63,026 nt of DNA, taken from Actinomycetes bacterium (GTDB lineage Bacteria > Actinomycetota > Acidimicrobiia > Acidimicrobiales > JABEUL01). The translations under genes and the position numbers were made by a program. The stretch is from the NCBI GenBank assembly GCA_021777355.1, contig JAJYDO010000004.1:1-63026 (forward strand), given 5' to 3'. Every line of letters begins with the position of its first letter. The first letter of the stretch is position 1. The notes below the pieces were generated by a model, which saw only the letters and a program-made list of their open reading frames with translations, searched no databases and had not been told where the DNA came from. This document shows, one piece after another, positions 22,246 to 32,426 of the stretch.

Positions 22246-23235
22246 ATGTCTTCAATTACTCAAATTCTCCGTCCTTTCTACTATCTAATTGGATGGATTC
22301 TTGCATCATTATACAAAATAGTGCCTAATTATGCGCTTTCTATTATTTTGCTGACTTTTATAGTGCTTATTCCTTTTACACCGCTGATCGCCAGATCTGT
22401 CAAGGCTTCGGCCCGGATGCAGGCCCTTCAACCGGAGTTAAAGCGAATTAATGAGCTTTACAAAGGAGATTCAGCTAAGCGTTCGGAAGAGACGATGGCT
22501 GTTTTTAAGCGAGAAGGAGTATCACCAGCCGGGGGGTGTTTGCCAATCTTGCCTCAGATGGTTGTGCTCCTTGTCTTTTATTCGGTTCTCAGAGGGTTAA
22601 CCAATACGACAGGAGGCAAACATCCTTCGCCTAAACCGCTGTATATTCCGGTAAAGTCCACCCTCTACCACAATATTCTGGCAGCAAATGGCCACCTTGT
22701 CTCATTTGGAGTGGATCTTTCACAAAAGATTACGGCACACCATGCAAGTATTGCTGCTTCTATCCCATATTGGGCGATTCTTATAATTGGCGGCGGACTG
22801 CAGTATTTCCAGGTTCAAAGAATGACGAGCAGGATGCCTCAAAACAATCAGTTGAATGCGCAAACTCAATTTGTTATGCAAAAGATCATGCCATTGGCAT
22901 TTTTGTGGTTTTATTTAATTCTTCCCGCCGGCGTTTGTCTTTACTACCTGACTTCGACAGTAGTGAGAATTGTCCAGTATGAGTGGGTTTACTATCGGCA
23001 CCCCGGCATAAGCCAGGGAATCTTCGACGTAGCCCCCAGAAAGCTTATTAATATAAGACCCATTCAGCAGCAAGCCAAGGAGCTTCCCTCCAAGTCTGTT
23101 TACGCCGAGGATGAATCGGCTGACCAAACCCCAGAGGAAAATAAAAAGAGCCTGGAAAAAAAGGAAGAGAATCAAGTCAAGAAGACGCCCCCTCACCCAC
23201 GCTCTAAACAAAAGAAGCAAAGAAAGGAGCGATAA
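22246..23235 (+). CDS. yidC: YidC/Oxa1 membrane insertase
   Basis: MQALQPEL, GGCLPIL, PAGVCLYY; several TM segments. Confidence 0.93.
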   Translation: MSSITQILRPFYYLIGWILASLYKIVPNYALSIILLTFIVLIPFTPLIARSVKASARMQALQPELKRINELYKGDSAKRSEETMAVFKREGVSPAGGCLPILPQMVVLLVFYSVLRGLTNTTGGKHPSPKPLYIPVKSTLYHNILAANGHLVSFGVDLSQKITAHHASIAASIPYWAILIIGGGLQYFQVQRMTSRMPQNNQLNAQTQFVMQKIMPLAFLWFYLILPAGVCLYYLTSTVVRIVQYEWVYYRHPGISQGIFDVAPRKLINIRPIQQQAKELPSKSVYAEDESADQTPEENKKSLEKKEENQVKKTPPHPRSKQKKQRKER

Positions 23236-24207
23236 ATGGACTGGATAGAAACAACTGGAAAAACTATTGCAGATGCTACAAAGAAGGCACAAGACATTCT
23301 CTCCGTGTCCCAAGAAGACTTAGAAACGCAAGTCTTGGAAGAACCTAAGACTGGTTTGTTCGGACGATTAAAGGGCGAGGCCCGTATTCGAGCCAGAGTG
23401 TTGCCAAGAGAACAAAGACCAAGAATGCGCCAACGGGATCGCAAATCAAGGGGAGGGCGGCCTGAAAGAACAAGCCAGCGTACCCAGAAAGACCAGGCCG
23501 AAAAGGAAGATTCCGATGCAAAACCCTCGGCTAAAAAACGCCCAAAAGCAAACAGCAAATCAAATTACTCAAAAAAGACTACAGTATTAGCAAAGACTTC
23601 CGAAGAAAATGGTTCTGAAGTCAATCCCGATGGCGACAAAAAAGACTCTCAATTAAATGGGGGTTCGCCAAGAGGGGCCAACCGGGAAAGAAATCCCAAA
23701 AAGCAGCGTGTTGCACCCATCACGATAGAGGAGAGGACAGTAGAGGAAATGGAAAACGAAGGACAGATAATCAAGGACTTTTTAATGGGTATTTTGACGG
23801 CTAGCAACAGCGAAGGAACCGTCACAATCACTCGAGACGGTGAGTACCTTAATGCCGACGTAAACGGAGAAGACCTTGGATTTTTGGTTGGCAAGAAGGG
23901 AATGACCCTGATGGCCGTTCAAGATTTGGCCAGGCTGGTGGCGCGGCATAAGTCCGGGGACGGCACGCCAAATCGAGTTAATGTTGATGTTGCCGGCTAC
24001 AGGAAAAAGCGTGCGGAGGCTTTGGTTGGATTTGCAAGGTCGCTGGCCGAACAAGTTGCCCAAACAGGAGTGGCTAAGGCTCTTGAACCTATGACGCCTG
24101 CTGACAGAAAGACTGTCCACGACGCGGTTGGCGACATTGAAGGCGTGCAGACTACATCGGCAGGTAGAGAACCTATGCGCTATGTTGTTATTCAGCCAGC
24201 CAGCTGA
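23236..24207 (+). CDS. jag: Jag/KhpB (EloR) RNA-binding protein, KH and R3H domains
   Basis: Jag N-terminus ETTGKTI...KTGLFG, KH GKKG, R3H RKTVH. Confidence 0.92.
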   Translation: MDWIETTGKTIADATKKAQDILSVSQEDLETQVLEEPKTGLFGRLKGEARIRARVLPREQRPRMRQRDRKSRGGRPERTSQRTQKDQAEKEDSDAKPSAKKRPKANSKSNYSKKTTVLAKTSEENGSEVNPDGDKKDSQLNGGSPRGANRERNPKKQRVAPITIEERTVEEMENEGQIIKDFLMGILTASNSEGTVTITRDGEYLNADVNGEDLGFLVGKKGMTLMAVQDLARLVARHKSGDGTPNRVNVDVAGYRKKRAEALVGFARSLAEQVAQTGVAKALEPMTPADRKTVHDAVGDIEGVQTTSAGREPMRYVVIQPAS

Positions 24208-24227
24208 AAGTCACAGTTTGCTCTTAA

Positions 24228-24896
24228 TTGATATCTGAGCAGTTTCTAGAACATGCACTGTCGGACTCCCAAAAGCTGGGGTTTATTGGCGGCGGACCAC
24301 TCGACCAGCATCTCACACATTCCAGGGACTTTCTAACCGCCATAGCTGACATAGTTGGCCTGGACAAGCTTGACAAGGATTTCTCGGTAGTAGATCTGGG
24401 GTCGGGAGGAGGACTTCCCGGCATCCCTCTGGCAACCTGGTTGGGAAAGGCCAACTTTGTGCTGATAGAGTCGTCTCTTAAGAGGTCACGCTTCCTCAGT
24501 TCCATAGTAAAAGATGCAGGAGAAACGTCAAGGGTGGAGGTAGTGAATAAATCTGCCGAATCAGCAGGAAGAGAAGATGAGTTTAGGGAAACCCAAGACC
24601 TGCTGGTCTCACGCTTATTTGGTCCAATTTCAGTGACGCTTGAGTGTGGATCCCCCTTTGTCAGAACATCCGGAATTCTGATAATTTCGAAATATCCTGA
24701 ACCCAAATACAATCTGAAGAGGGAGCATTCGGCAGTTTTGGAAGCTTTGGGGCTTGAAGAACTTGATGAGTGGTCAAATGGAAGATCAACGTTTGCCATT
24801 TTTAGAAAAGTCTCTCAGATATCAGAGGATTACCCCAGAAGGACCGGACTTCCTCGAAAAAGGCCCTTATTTATTGTTTCACGTGAAACATTGTAA
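24228..24896 (+). CDS. rsmG: 16S rRNA m7G methyltransferase RsmG (GidB)
   Basis: HSRD, DLGSGGGLPGI, YPRRTGLP. Confidence 0.92.
   Translation: MISEQFLEHALSDSQKLGFIGGGPLDQHLTHSRDFLTAIADIVGLDKLDKDFSVVDLGSGGGLPGIPLATWLGKANFVLIESSLKRSRFLSSIVKDAGETSRVEVVNKSAESAGREDEFRETQDLLVSRLFGPISVTLECGSPFVRTSGILIISKYPEPKYNLKREHSAVLEALGLEELDEWSNGRSTFAIFRKVSQISEDYPRRTGLPRKRPLFIVSRETL
24875..24890. other. parS site (inside the rsmG 3' end)
   Basis: Perfect TGTTTCACGTGAAACA. Confidence 0.92.
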
Positions 24897-24987
24897 GAGC
24901 AGAGTGAAATCCAGTGACTTGTACGCCGTTCTGTTTTTAGGCATCGTATCCAATCCAAAAGGACCTGGCGAAGCGCGCAGCCTGTAT

Positions 24988-25003
24988 TGTTTCACGTGAA
25001 ACA
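24988..25003. other. parS site
   Basis: Perfect TGTTTCACGTGAAACA, extending to a 20-bp palindrome. Confidence 0.92.
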
Positions 25004-25144
25004 ATCTGCCAACAAATGGCCAAAAGATATTTGAATCTGCGGCAAAATGTGATACTCTGCATTCAGGCGAGAAATATCTGTTTCTATATGGGCAAAAATT
25101 TATATTCCAATCTGCCCCACTTCGACTTACAGAGAGGTTAGGTT

Positions 25145-25951
25145 TTGACTCAAGCTCCCGAATCACCAGCTGAACAAAACAAAGTGCACCCTTCGACGAG
25201 GGTAATTGCAATAGCGAATCAAAAAGGGGGAGTAGGCAAAACAACCACTACTGTCAACCTAAGCGCCGCCTTGGCCGAGTTTGGGAAACGAGTTCTAGTA
25301 ATAGATCTTGACCCACAGGGGAATGCGACCACAGGATTGGGCGTGGAGGCTAGGAATTTCGAGCAGTCCATGTATGACGTCCTTATGCACGACACACCCC
25401 TAGAAGATGCCATTGAGGCTACTAGTGTCAAGAATCTCTTTCTGGCTCCGGCCACTATTGATCTGGCAGGAGCTGATATCGAATTAGTTTCGGCATTCAG
25501 TCGAGAGCTTAAGCTCAAAAGAGCGATAGACGTAGTGAAAGAGGATTTCGATTTTATTTTTATTGACTGTCCGCCTTCCCTGGGCCTAATTACCGTAAAT
25601 GGACTGGCTGCAGCATCAGAGGTTTTGGTGCCAATTCAATGTGAATACTATGCTCTCGAAGGGGTTGGCCAGCTTCTGAAGAATGTCCAGTTAGTCAAGG
25701 CAAATTTAAATCCCGATCTTGAAATTTCTACAATTGTGATGACAATGTTTGATGCCAGAACCAAACTGTCAGATCAGGTGGTGGAAGACGTAAGGGGACA
25801 TTTCGGGGCAATAGTGTGCAAAACGGTTATTCCGAGAACCGTGAGACTATCTGAAGCCCCCTCATTCGGACAACCCATAACAATTTTCGATCCGAGTTCA
25901 AGGGGCGCAATTGCCTATCGGTCGTTAGCGGAGGAGGTAATTACCAAGTGA
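25145..25951 (+). CDS. parA: Chromosome partitioning ATPase ParA/Soj
   Basis: NQKGGVGKTTT, DLDPQGN, DCPPSLG, QCEYYALEG. Confidence 0.96.
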   Translation: MTQAPESPAEQNKVHPSTRVIAIANQKGGVGKTTTTVNLSAALAEFGKRVLVIDLDPQGNATTGLGVEARNFEQSMYDVLMHDTPLEDAIEATSVKNLFLAPATIDLAGADIELVSAFSRELKLKRAIDVVKEDFDFIFIDCPPSLGLITVNGLAAASEVLVPIQCEYYALEGVGQLLKNVQLVKANLNPDLEISTIVMTMFDARTKLSDQVVEDVRGHFGAIVCKTVIPRTVRLSEAPSFGQPITIFDPSSRGAIAYRSLAEEVITK

Positions 25952-26877
25952 AAAGAACAGGATTAGGAAAAGGGTTGGGAGCCTTAATTCCAGCTGATGC
26001 ACAAGCCCAGCCGAACTCTATGTTTAGGGAAGTTGCAATAGTTTCGGTCGCACCGAACCCAAGGCAGCCTAGAAAGCACTTTGATGAAGAAAGTCTTTCC
26101 TCGCTTTCAGCCTCTATCAGAGAGTTGGGCGTGCTCCAACCAATATTAGTAAGAAAAGTTGGAGAAGAGCGGTATGAACTCATCGCGGGGGAAAGGCGAT
26201 GGAGAGCAGCAAGGAGAGTTGGACTTCAATTCATTCCTGCTTTAGTCCAAGAAGTAGATGACATTCAGAGTTTAGAGCAAGCACTTGTCGAAAATCTCCA
26301 CCGCGCAGATCTTGACCCTTTGGAAGAGGCAGCTGCCTTTCTCCAGTTGATTGAGGAGTTTTCATATACTCACGAGCAGGTGTCTCAACGTGTCGGAAAA
26401 AGTCGAGCTGCTGTCTCAAACTCGCTTCGTCTACTCCAACTCCCCTCCGGCATTCAACAGGGAGTAGTTCAGGGTCTAATATCAGCCGGTCACGCAAGGG
26501 CCTTGCTTGGATCTCCAGACAGAGCTTTTCAGGAGGAATTGGCGAAGCGAATCATTGCCGAGGGATTAAGTGTCAGAGCGGTCGAAGAGATTGTCAAAAA
26601 TAAAGAAGGAGCGGTACCGCTTCCCGAGGAGCACGAGGATGACGGCACCGTGGCAACTTCGACTTCTGACGGCGCGTCTTCTTCTCAGGCCACAACCCGC
26701 CCTATCGCCAAACTGAGACCCCCAGGCCTTATGGAATTGGAAGAGATACTTGCAGAAAGGCTAAATACCCGAGTGAAGGTGGAAATGGGGGAGAAAAAGG
26801 GTAAAGTACTAATTGAGTTTGCCTCCCTTGAAGACCTTGAAAGAATATACAAAGCCATGTTTCACGGCACCCACTGA
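25948..26877 (+). CDS. parB: Chromosome partitioning protein ParB
   Basis: GLGKGLGALIP, NPRQPR, AGERRWRA, ENLHR. Confidence 0.96.
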   Translation: MKRTGLGKGLGALIPADAQAQPNSMFREVAIVSVAPNPRQPRKHFDEESLSSLSASIRELGVLQPILVRKVGEERYELIAGERRWRAARRVGLQFIPALVQEVDDIQSLEQALVENLHRADLDPLEEAAAFLQLIEEFSYTHEQVSQRVGKSRAAVSNSLRLLQLPSGIQQGVVQGLISAGHARALLGSPDRAFQEELAKRIIAEGLSVRAVEEIVKNKEGAVPLPEEHEDDGTVATSTSDGASSSQATTRPIAKLRPPGLMELEEILAERLNTRVKVEMGEKKGKVLIEFASLEDLERIYKAMFHGTH

Positions 26878-26947
26878 GTCCGAAGGGAATAAAGCGCAAA
26901 CCTCGTTTACCAGGAAGTATATTAGATTTAATTCAGCAATCACACTG

Positions 26948-26980
26948 CAATCCACAACCTAATGCACAGGTTGTGGAGAA
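26948..26980. terminator. 10-bp hairpin between convergent genes, built from DnaA-box-like sequences
   Basis: TCCACAACCT-N7-AGGTTGTGGA (26951-26977). Confidence 0.5.
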
Positions 26981-26998
26981 GTAATCTAGAGTTTATAT

Positions 26999-27979
26999 TT
27001 AGTGTTTTATGGTACTGGTAGACCAACTTAGAACCGAATTATCCAAGATCTCAGTTATCTCTGCCAGATTCTGCAACAGAAACGATGGAGAGGTAAAAGT
27101 GCAGACAAGAGTAGGCATTTTGGTCTCACGCAAAACCGGAAGCGACAGCCCCTCAGCATGGCTCTTCCCGGGACCAAACACCCGCTCAAAACCTCTTTCA
27201 ATCTCTTCTACCAGGCTCTTCGCTGGAAGAGATACATAGTTATATCCCGAATAGTAAGAGAGAGTAATTAGTGGAGAAGAAGGTTTATCTAAGTCTTCTA
27301 AACCAATGACAATGCAAAGATCGGCGTCAAATGCATTTGCCTCATGGGCCTGTCTTTGCTGGTTGAAAGAATGAGACATTGATATTTGCACTCCGTTGTA
27401 GAGCAGAAGCTTCGAGATAGAGCTTATACAGATCCCGGCTCCACCGCTGTCGCAGAGCATTATTCTTAGATTTCTCCGACCCGTGTGGTCTTTCCACCTT
27501 TCAACTTCTTTGATTTCACTAACCAGTCGATTTGATTCATGACGAGGAATCATTCTTTTCAATTCGTCTATTGTTCTTGGACCGACAACACCGTCTGATC
27601 TTATTCCCACATTACGCTGAAATTCCGTTAGTGCGCTCAACGTAGCATCTCCAAAAATGCCATCAATTCGACAGGTGTCAAAACCAAGCATGTTGAATTG
27701 TTTCTGAAGTTCGGCCACATCGTCCCCACGGAGCATAGGCTGGCGTCGATAGAGCAGGCGATCACCCAACTTCCAACTGGCCTCGATTAGGGATGCCCAT
27801 GTATTCGGTCCACAAATTCCGTCTACTTCCAAGTTTCGGCTCGCTTGGAACAACCGGATCGCTTCTTGGGTATTTTTCCCGAACTCTTCTGGTTTATCTC
27901 CGTTGGTCTGGTATCCGAGTCTTTCTAGCCTTGTGCGACAATCGGCCACGTGCCACCCTTTGCTTCCCAGCCTCAACAA
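26999..27979 (-). CDS. Peptidoglycan-binding protein with degenerate amidase_3 domain (CwlM-like)
   Basis: Two PG-binding repeats (LRLGSKG...DGICGP; RGDDV...DGIFG...DGVVGP); LRETKMP; located between trxA and parB. Confidence 0.75.
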   Translation of the reverse strand: MLRLGSKGWHVADCRTRLERLGYQTNGDKPEEFGKNTQEAIRLFQASRNLEVDGICGPNTWASLIEASWKLGDRLLYRRQPMLRGDDVAELQKQFNMLGFDTCRIDGIFGDATLSALTEFQRNVGIRSDGVVGPRTIDELKRMIPRHESNRLVSEIKEVERWKDHTGRRNLRIMLCDSGGAGICISSISKLLLYNGVQISMSHSFNQQRQAHEANAFDADLCIVIGLEDLDKPSSPLITLSYYSGYNYVSLPAKSLVEEIERGFERVFGPGKSHAEGLSLPVLRETKMPTLVCTFTSPSFLLQNLAEITEILDNSVLSWSTSTIKH

Positions 27980-27999
27980 AGGAACTTCATTATTTTCTC

Positions 28000-28326
28000 T
28001 CAGAGGTAAACCTTGATTTCTGAAAGAAGCTGCGACTTTCCCCTTGCGCCCACAATTCTTGCTGCGGGTTGGCCGTCTTTGAACAGAATTAAAGTGGGAA
28101 TGCTCAACACGTCAAATCTGCGGGTAGTGTCCAAGTTTTCGTCAATATTTAACTTAACAATTCGAAGTTTTTCCGCTTCATCTTCGGCAAGAGCTTCTAG
28201 AATCGGGGCAATGGCTTTACAAGGCGTGCACCACTCGGCCCAAAAATCGACCAAAACCGCTCGATCATCGGATAGCAAAGTTTCATCAAAAGACTGATCT
28301 GTAACGTTGACAATTGAACCTGACAT
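28000..28326 (-). CDS. trxA: Thioredoxin
   Basis: DFWAEWCTPCK, SIPTL. Confidence 0.95.
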   Translation of the reverse strand: MSGSIVNVTDQSFDETLLSDDRAVLVDFWAEWCTPCKAIAPILEALAEDEAEKLRIVKLNIDENLDTTRRFDVLSIPTLILFKDGQPAARIVGARGKSQLLSEIKVYL

Positions 28327-28344
28327 AAGTAATGATCCTAGCCT

Positions 28345-29373
28345 TTATCTATTGCTTTCATGCGCTTCGAGCCACCGCTGAGCGTCAAGAGCAGCCATGC
28401 AGCCGCTGCCGGCAGCTGTAACGGCTTGGCGGTAAATGTGGTCCTGCACATCCCCACAGGCCAAAACCCCCTCAATATTTGTGGCTGTGCCAGGACCGGT
28501 GATCAGGTAGCCTGCGTCGTCCATTTTGAGCTGACCCTTGAAAAGGTCTGTATTTGGGCTATGGCCAATTGCGATGAAAACCCCATCTATTTCCTGGATA
28601 GACTCCTTTCCAGTTACAGTGTCCACAAGTCTCAAGGACTTGACCGAGGTTTCTCCTATTATTTCTGTGACTTGAGTGTTCCAAACCGGGATGATCTTCT
28701 CATTTGATCTCGCTCGATCTTGCATAATAGGAGATGCTCTCCATTGGTCTCGACGATGGATTAATCGTACCGAATTGGCGAATCGAGTAAGAAACAAAGC
28801 TTCCTCAAGGGCAGAATCTCCGCCACCTACGACAGCGATATCCTTTCCTCTGAAGAAAAACCCATCACAGGTTGCACATGTTGAAAGTCCATGGCCAATC
28901 AGTCGATCTTCACCCGGAACTCCCAGCATCAAAGACCGTGCCCCAGTTGAGATAATGACGACATCCGCGGTGAAATTCGGAGGGCCATCGTGTGGGTTTG
29001 TAGTCCAAATTCCCTTCACAGATGAGTCTAAATCGACTTTGGTGGCCTTCTCAGTTAAGATCTCGGTCCCAAATCGCTCAGCTTGGCCTCTCATTTGCGC
29101 CATTAGTTCGGGACCGTCAATGCCATCCTTGAATCCGGGAAAGTTCTCTATATCGCTGGTCAGCATCAACTGGCCACCAGGCTGATCGGAAGTACTAGAT
29201 GGCTCGCCTTCTATAAGAAGAGGCTTTAAATTGGCTCTTGCAGTATATATCGCAGAAGTTAAACCCGCAGGTCCAGATCCAATTATTACAACAATTCTAT
29301 GATTGCTATTTAAGTTCAAAGAGGAATTAATATTTTCATCATTAATTCCGGCAACATCAGGCATTACTACCAC
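28345..29373 (-). CDS. trxB: Thioredoxin reductase (start uncertain)
   Basis: GSGPAG, CATCDG, GGGDSALEE, HRR, GDVQD. Confidence 0.96.
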   Translation of the reverse strand: MVVMPDVAGINDENINSSLNLNSNHRIVVIIGSGPAGLTSAIYTARANLKPLLIEGEPSSTSDQPGGQLMLTSDIENFPGFKDGIDGPELMAQMRGQAERFGTEILTEKATKVDLDSSVKGIWTTNPHDGPPNFTADVVIISTGARSLMLGVPGEDRLIGHGLSTCATCDGFFFRGKDIAVVGGGDSALEEALFLTRFANSVRLIHRRDQWRASPIMQDRARSNEKIIPVWNTQVTEIIGETSVKSLRLVDTVTGKESIQEIDGVFIAIGHSPNTDLFKGQLKMDDAGYLITGPGTATNIEGVLACGDVQDHIYRQAVTAAGSGCMAALDAQRWLEAHESNR

Positions 29374-29382
29374 CTCGTCAAA

Positions 29383-29700
29383 TCAGTGTCGTTTTATAAG
29401 GACTAATCCAATCAACACCAAAAGGAGCCCAACTATTGCCTCGCCCGCCCAGACATGTTGATGGAACAGATAAACATTCAAAACTCTGACTAAGCCTATA
29501 GTTCCGAGAATAAGCGCAACAGGGATCAAAACTGCTGCAGCAAGCCCGGCAGTGGCATATCCAAGAACCTTGCCTAAGGGCCTCATGGTTTTGTCTTGGA
29601 TTGTACTCACAATGGTTTGCAGAATTGCAATTACCTTGGCTGGCCAGTCCTTGACATCACGATCCGTAAATTTTTCGCTCTGACTTTCTATTTCACTCAT
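29383..29700 (-). CDS. Small membrane protein, two TM segments
   Basis: Two hydrophobic helices; operon-like position. Confidence 0.7.
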   Translation of the reverse strand: MSEIESQSEKFTDRDVKDWPAKVIAILQTIVSTIQDKTMRPLGKVLGYATAGLAAAVLIPVALILGTIGLVRVLNVYLFHQHVWAGEAIVGLLLVLIGLVLIKRH

Positions 29701-29759
29701 TCAACGACCACGTTAGTATGCAAATAAGCACCCAAATTCAAAATGATGATCCGGCACTC

Positions 29760-30674
29760 TTAATCTGCCGGGTTATCACCTTCGCCATCTACTGCATTGT
29801 TCTCGTTCTTATTGGATCCCGAAGCCACCACAGTGAAGGCAATCCCAACAGCGCCAAGGCCTATATGAGTTCCTATTATGGGCCCGATATCGGCAAAAAT
29901 TGGGTCTTTAATTTCCCGCTGTGCCAAAACTTTATCCTTGAATATATCGAAATCCTTTGCCCCTCCGTTTAGGAATGCAAACCTCTCGAACTCCCCGTAG
30001 TTATTAACCCTCTGGGCTAAATAATCCAGAGAGCGGCCTCTTGTCCGATGCTTTGACTCACTCTCGATTTTGCCCTCTCTCACTTCAACAACGGGTTTGA
30101 TAGAAAGAAGTGAACCTACAAATGCAGATCCGTTTGAAATTCGCCCGCCTCTCCGAAGGTTCTCTAGGGTGTCTATTGTTCCAGTTACGAAAGTTCTCTC
30201 AACCACCTCTTTTGCCAATTTCTTAACTTCTTCTAACGAGGCCCCTGATTTGGAGTGTTCGGCAGCAGCAATGGCAACCAAGCCTTCGCCGGCCGAAACG
30301 CTTCGCGAGTCCACAACCTCGACAGGAATTTGATCGGCAACCAAATCCTTGGCCTGAAGGGCGCTTTGATAAGTAGAAGAGACTTCGGAGGAAAGAGTAA
30401 CAACCACGACACCTTCGTATCCTTCTTTGTGGGCCTTGAGGTAGGCTTCTTGGAAAGCTCCGGGAGAAGGAGCCGCCGTTTCCGGCAGTGCCGGTGCTGC
30501 AAGGGCCGCGCAACGAGACCAGAACTCATCAGGAGTCAACGAAACCGTATCTACGACTTCATCATTCCCAAAACGAACAGATAGAGACACAATGGTGATG
30601 CCTAAATCTTTTGCCAACTGCGGGGGTATATCGCTCCCGCTATCTGTTACAACTTGAATACCTGCCATATGCAA
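29760..30674 (-). CDS. DegV-family fatty-acid-binding protein (start may be 30668)
   Basis: VVTDSGSD, TAAPSPG, LSSEVSSTYQSA, LRRGGRI, THIG. Confidence 0.93.
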   Translation of the reverse strand: MHMAGIQVVTDSGSDIPPQLAKDLGITIVSLSVRFGNDEVVDTVSLTPDEFWSRCAALAAPALPETAAPSPGAFQEAYLKAHKEGYEGVVVVTLSSEVSSTYQSALQAKDLVADQIPVEVVDSRSVSAGEGLVAIAAAEHSKSGASLEEVKKLAKEVVERTFVTGTIDTLENLRRGGRISNGSAFVGSLLSIKPVVEVREGKIESESKHRTRGRSLDYLAQRVNNYGEFERFAFLNGGAKDFDIFKDKVLAQREIKDPIFADIGPIIGTHIGLGAVGIAFTVVASGSNKNENNAVDGEGDNPAD

Positions 30675-30719
30675 TTCCCTCCTTGGTCGAGAGTTATTAA
30701 CTAACCTACCAGGTATCAG

Positions 30720-32426
30720 CTATCTTAAAACGTGTTTATGCTTTGATTTTGAACTCTTCGAGCTAGGCGCTATTAAAGCGGCTAGCACCAGATAAAGCGT
30801 CACTCCCACCACTACTCCGAGAAAAGCGTCAATAGCGTCTCCAAATGCCGTTGTAGTCGGCAGAACAGTTGAAGCTCCAGCTGCGCCTAGTCCCATTACC
30901 AAAGAGAGTCCAAGCACTTTAATTCCCTGTGCAAAAAGCGCTCTTCCTCCCAATCTGCCAACTTTCATCCGCAGAACAATCAAGCCCGCAACTGCTCCCA
31001 TTGAATACGCAATAGTGAGTGATAGGCCAATTCCTCTTGCCCCCATTGGCGAGATCAACACAAATGCAGCGACTACGTTCACGAAATTTTCAAATGCATA
31101 TAGGAGAAAAACTGTTCTCGTGTCGTGTAAGGCAAAAAAGGCCCTGTTAACGAGGAGAAATATGCAAAATCCGGGTAGTCCCAGACTCATGAGAGAAAGT
31201 GTTGATGCTGCATTTTGCACTCCTTCCAGGCTTGCAGAACCATGAAAAAGCACGGTCCCCACAATTGGGGCGGCAAGAACTAAGTATCCAATGGAAGCAG
31301 GGATAATAATCGCATTGATAGATCTCAGGCCGAGGCTGAATCTCTTGGCGAAACCAGTCATATCGCTATTTGCAGCTAAAGCAGAGAGTTCCGGAGTCAA
31401 AGCCGAAGATATAGAAACAGAGACCAGCCAGTAGGGGAGCTGGAAAAAAGTATATGCATAGGTGTATGCGCTCAAGGTTCCGATATGACTTCTTGCAGCT
31501 AAAGCGAGAATGACAAATAGGGCAAGTTGATTGGCCACTACAAAACCAAAGGTCCAACTTGAAAGCTTGATAATTGCCCTTACAGCTTCGTGTCCGAAAT
31601 TTAAATTCCATTTAAGCGGCAAGTTGGCTCTGAGCAAACTGGGCACAAGGGCCAAAAATTGCGCTGCGACACCGGCGCTTGTCCCAATGCCAAGCAAAAA
31701 GATTAGGTGGTAGTTGTTTAGTAAGTCCTGAGGCGTGGGTGAGTGAACAATAAGGCTTAGCTCGATCAGTATAAAAATGGTAACAATGTTGTTGAAAATG
31801 GGGGCCGCAGTCACAATTCCGAATTTGCCAACTGAGTTCAAAAGAGCCGTTGCAATGCTAATAAAGCCGTAAAACGCCAGCTGCGGAACAAAGAGCCGCA
31901 AAAGATCTACAGCAAGGCGGTGTGTAGGGACGGACATATTTGATCCTGCACCTGATGAGTATGCATCTATAAGGAGAGGAACAAAGAGTTCAAATAAAAG
32001 TGTGCCTACTACAAGAACTACTGAGCTCACTGTCACGACGGCACTTATTCCCTCCCAGGCGCTCTCTTTACTCATGGTAGTTAGCCGCCTAGTGAATAAC
32101 GGAACAAAAGTGGCCGCCAAGACGCCGCCTATCACGAGATCGTGAATGATGTTAGGAGTAGTATTGGCCAGATTATAAGCATCTGCAGCTCCACCTATAC
32201 CAAGTGCTGAACCGAGGGCGAATAGCCGGACTAACCCTAGAATTCGTGAGACCGTGGTCCCAAAAGCCATCGCGCCAAGAATCTTGAGAAGCCGCGACTG
32301 CGCCTGTTTCTGACTGGGTGAAGAGTTCAAGCTATTTGTTTCAGATTTAGAAGCTATTGAACTTGGAGCGGACGTGAAACTTATTTTCGAACTTGTTGGA
32401 TTACTTTGCTTGTCTTCACTGTCCAT
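30720..32426 (-). CDS. murJ: Lipid II flippase MurJ (MviN)
   Basis: SRILGLVR, ADAYNLANTTPN, FQLP; many TM segments; start moved to ATG 32426 overlapping the upstream gene. Confidence 0.92.
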   Translation of the reverse strand: MDSEDKQSNPTSSKISFTSAPSSIASKSETNSLNSSPSQKQAQSRLLKILGAMAFGTTVSRILGLVRLFALGSALGIGGAADAYNLANTTPNIIHDLVIGGVLAATFVPLFTRRLTTMSKESAWEGISAVVTVSSVVLVVGTLLFELFVPLLIDAYSSGAGSNMSVPTHRLAVDLLRLFVPQLAFYGFISIATALLNSVGKFGIVTAAPIFNNIVTIFILIELSLIVHSPTPQDLLNNYHLIFLLGIGTSAGVAAQFLALVPSLLRANLPLKWNLNFGHEAVRAIIKLSSWTFGFVVANQLALFVILALAARSHIGTLSAYTYAYTFFQLPYWLVSVSISSALTPELSALAANSDMTGFAKRFSLGLRSINAIIIPASIGYLVLAAPIVGTVLFHGSASLEGVQNAASTLSLMSLGLPGFCIFLLVNRAFFALHDTRTVFLLYAFENFVNVVAAFVLISPMGARGIGLSLTIAYSMGAVAGLIVLRMKVGRLGGRALFAQGIKVLGLSLVMGLGAAGASTVLPTTTAFGDAIDAFLGVVVGVTLYLVLAALIAPSSKSSKSKHKHVLR

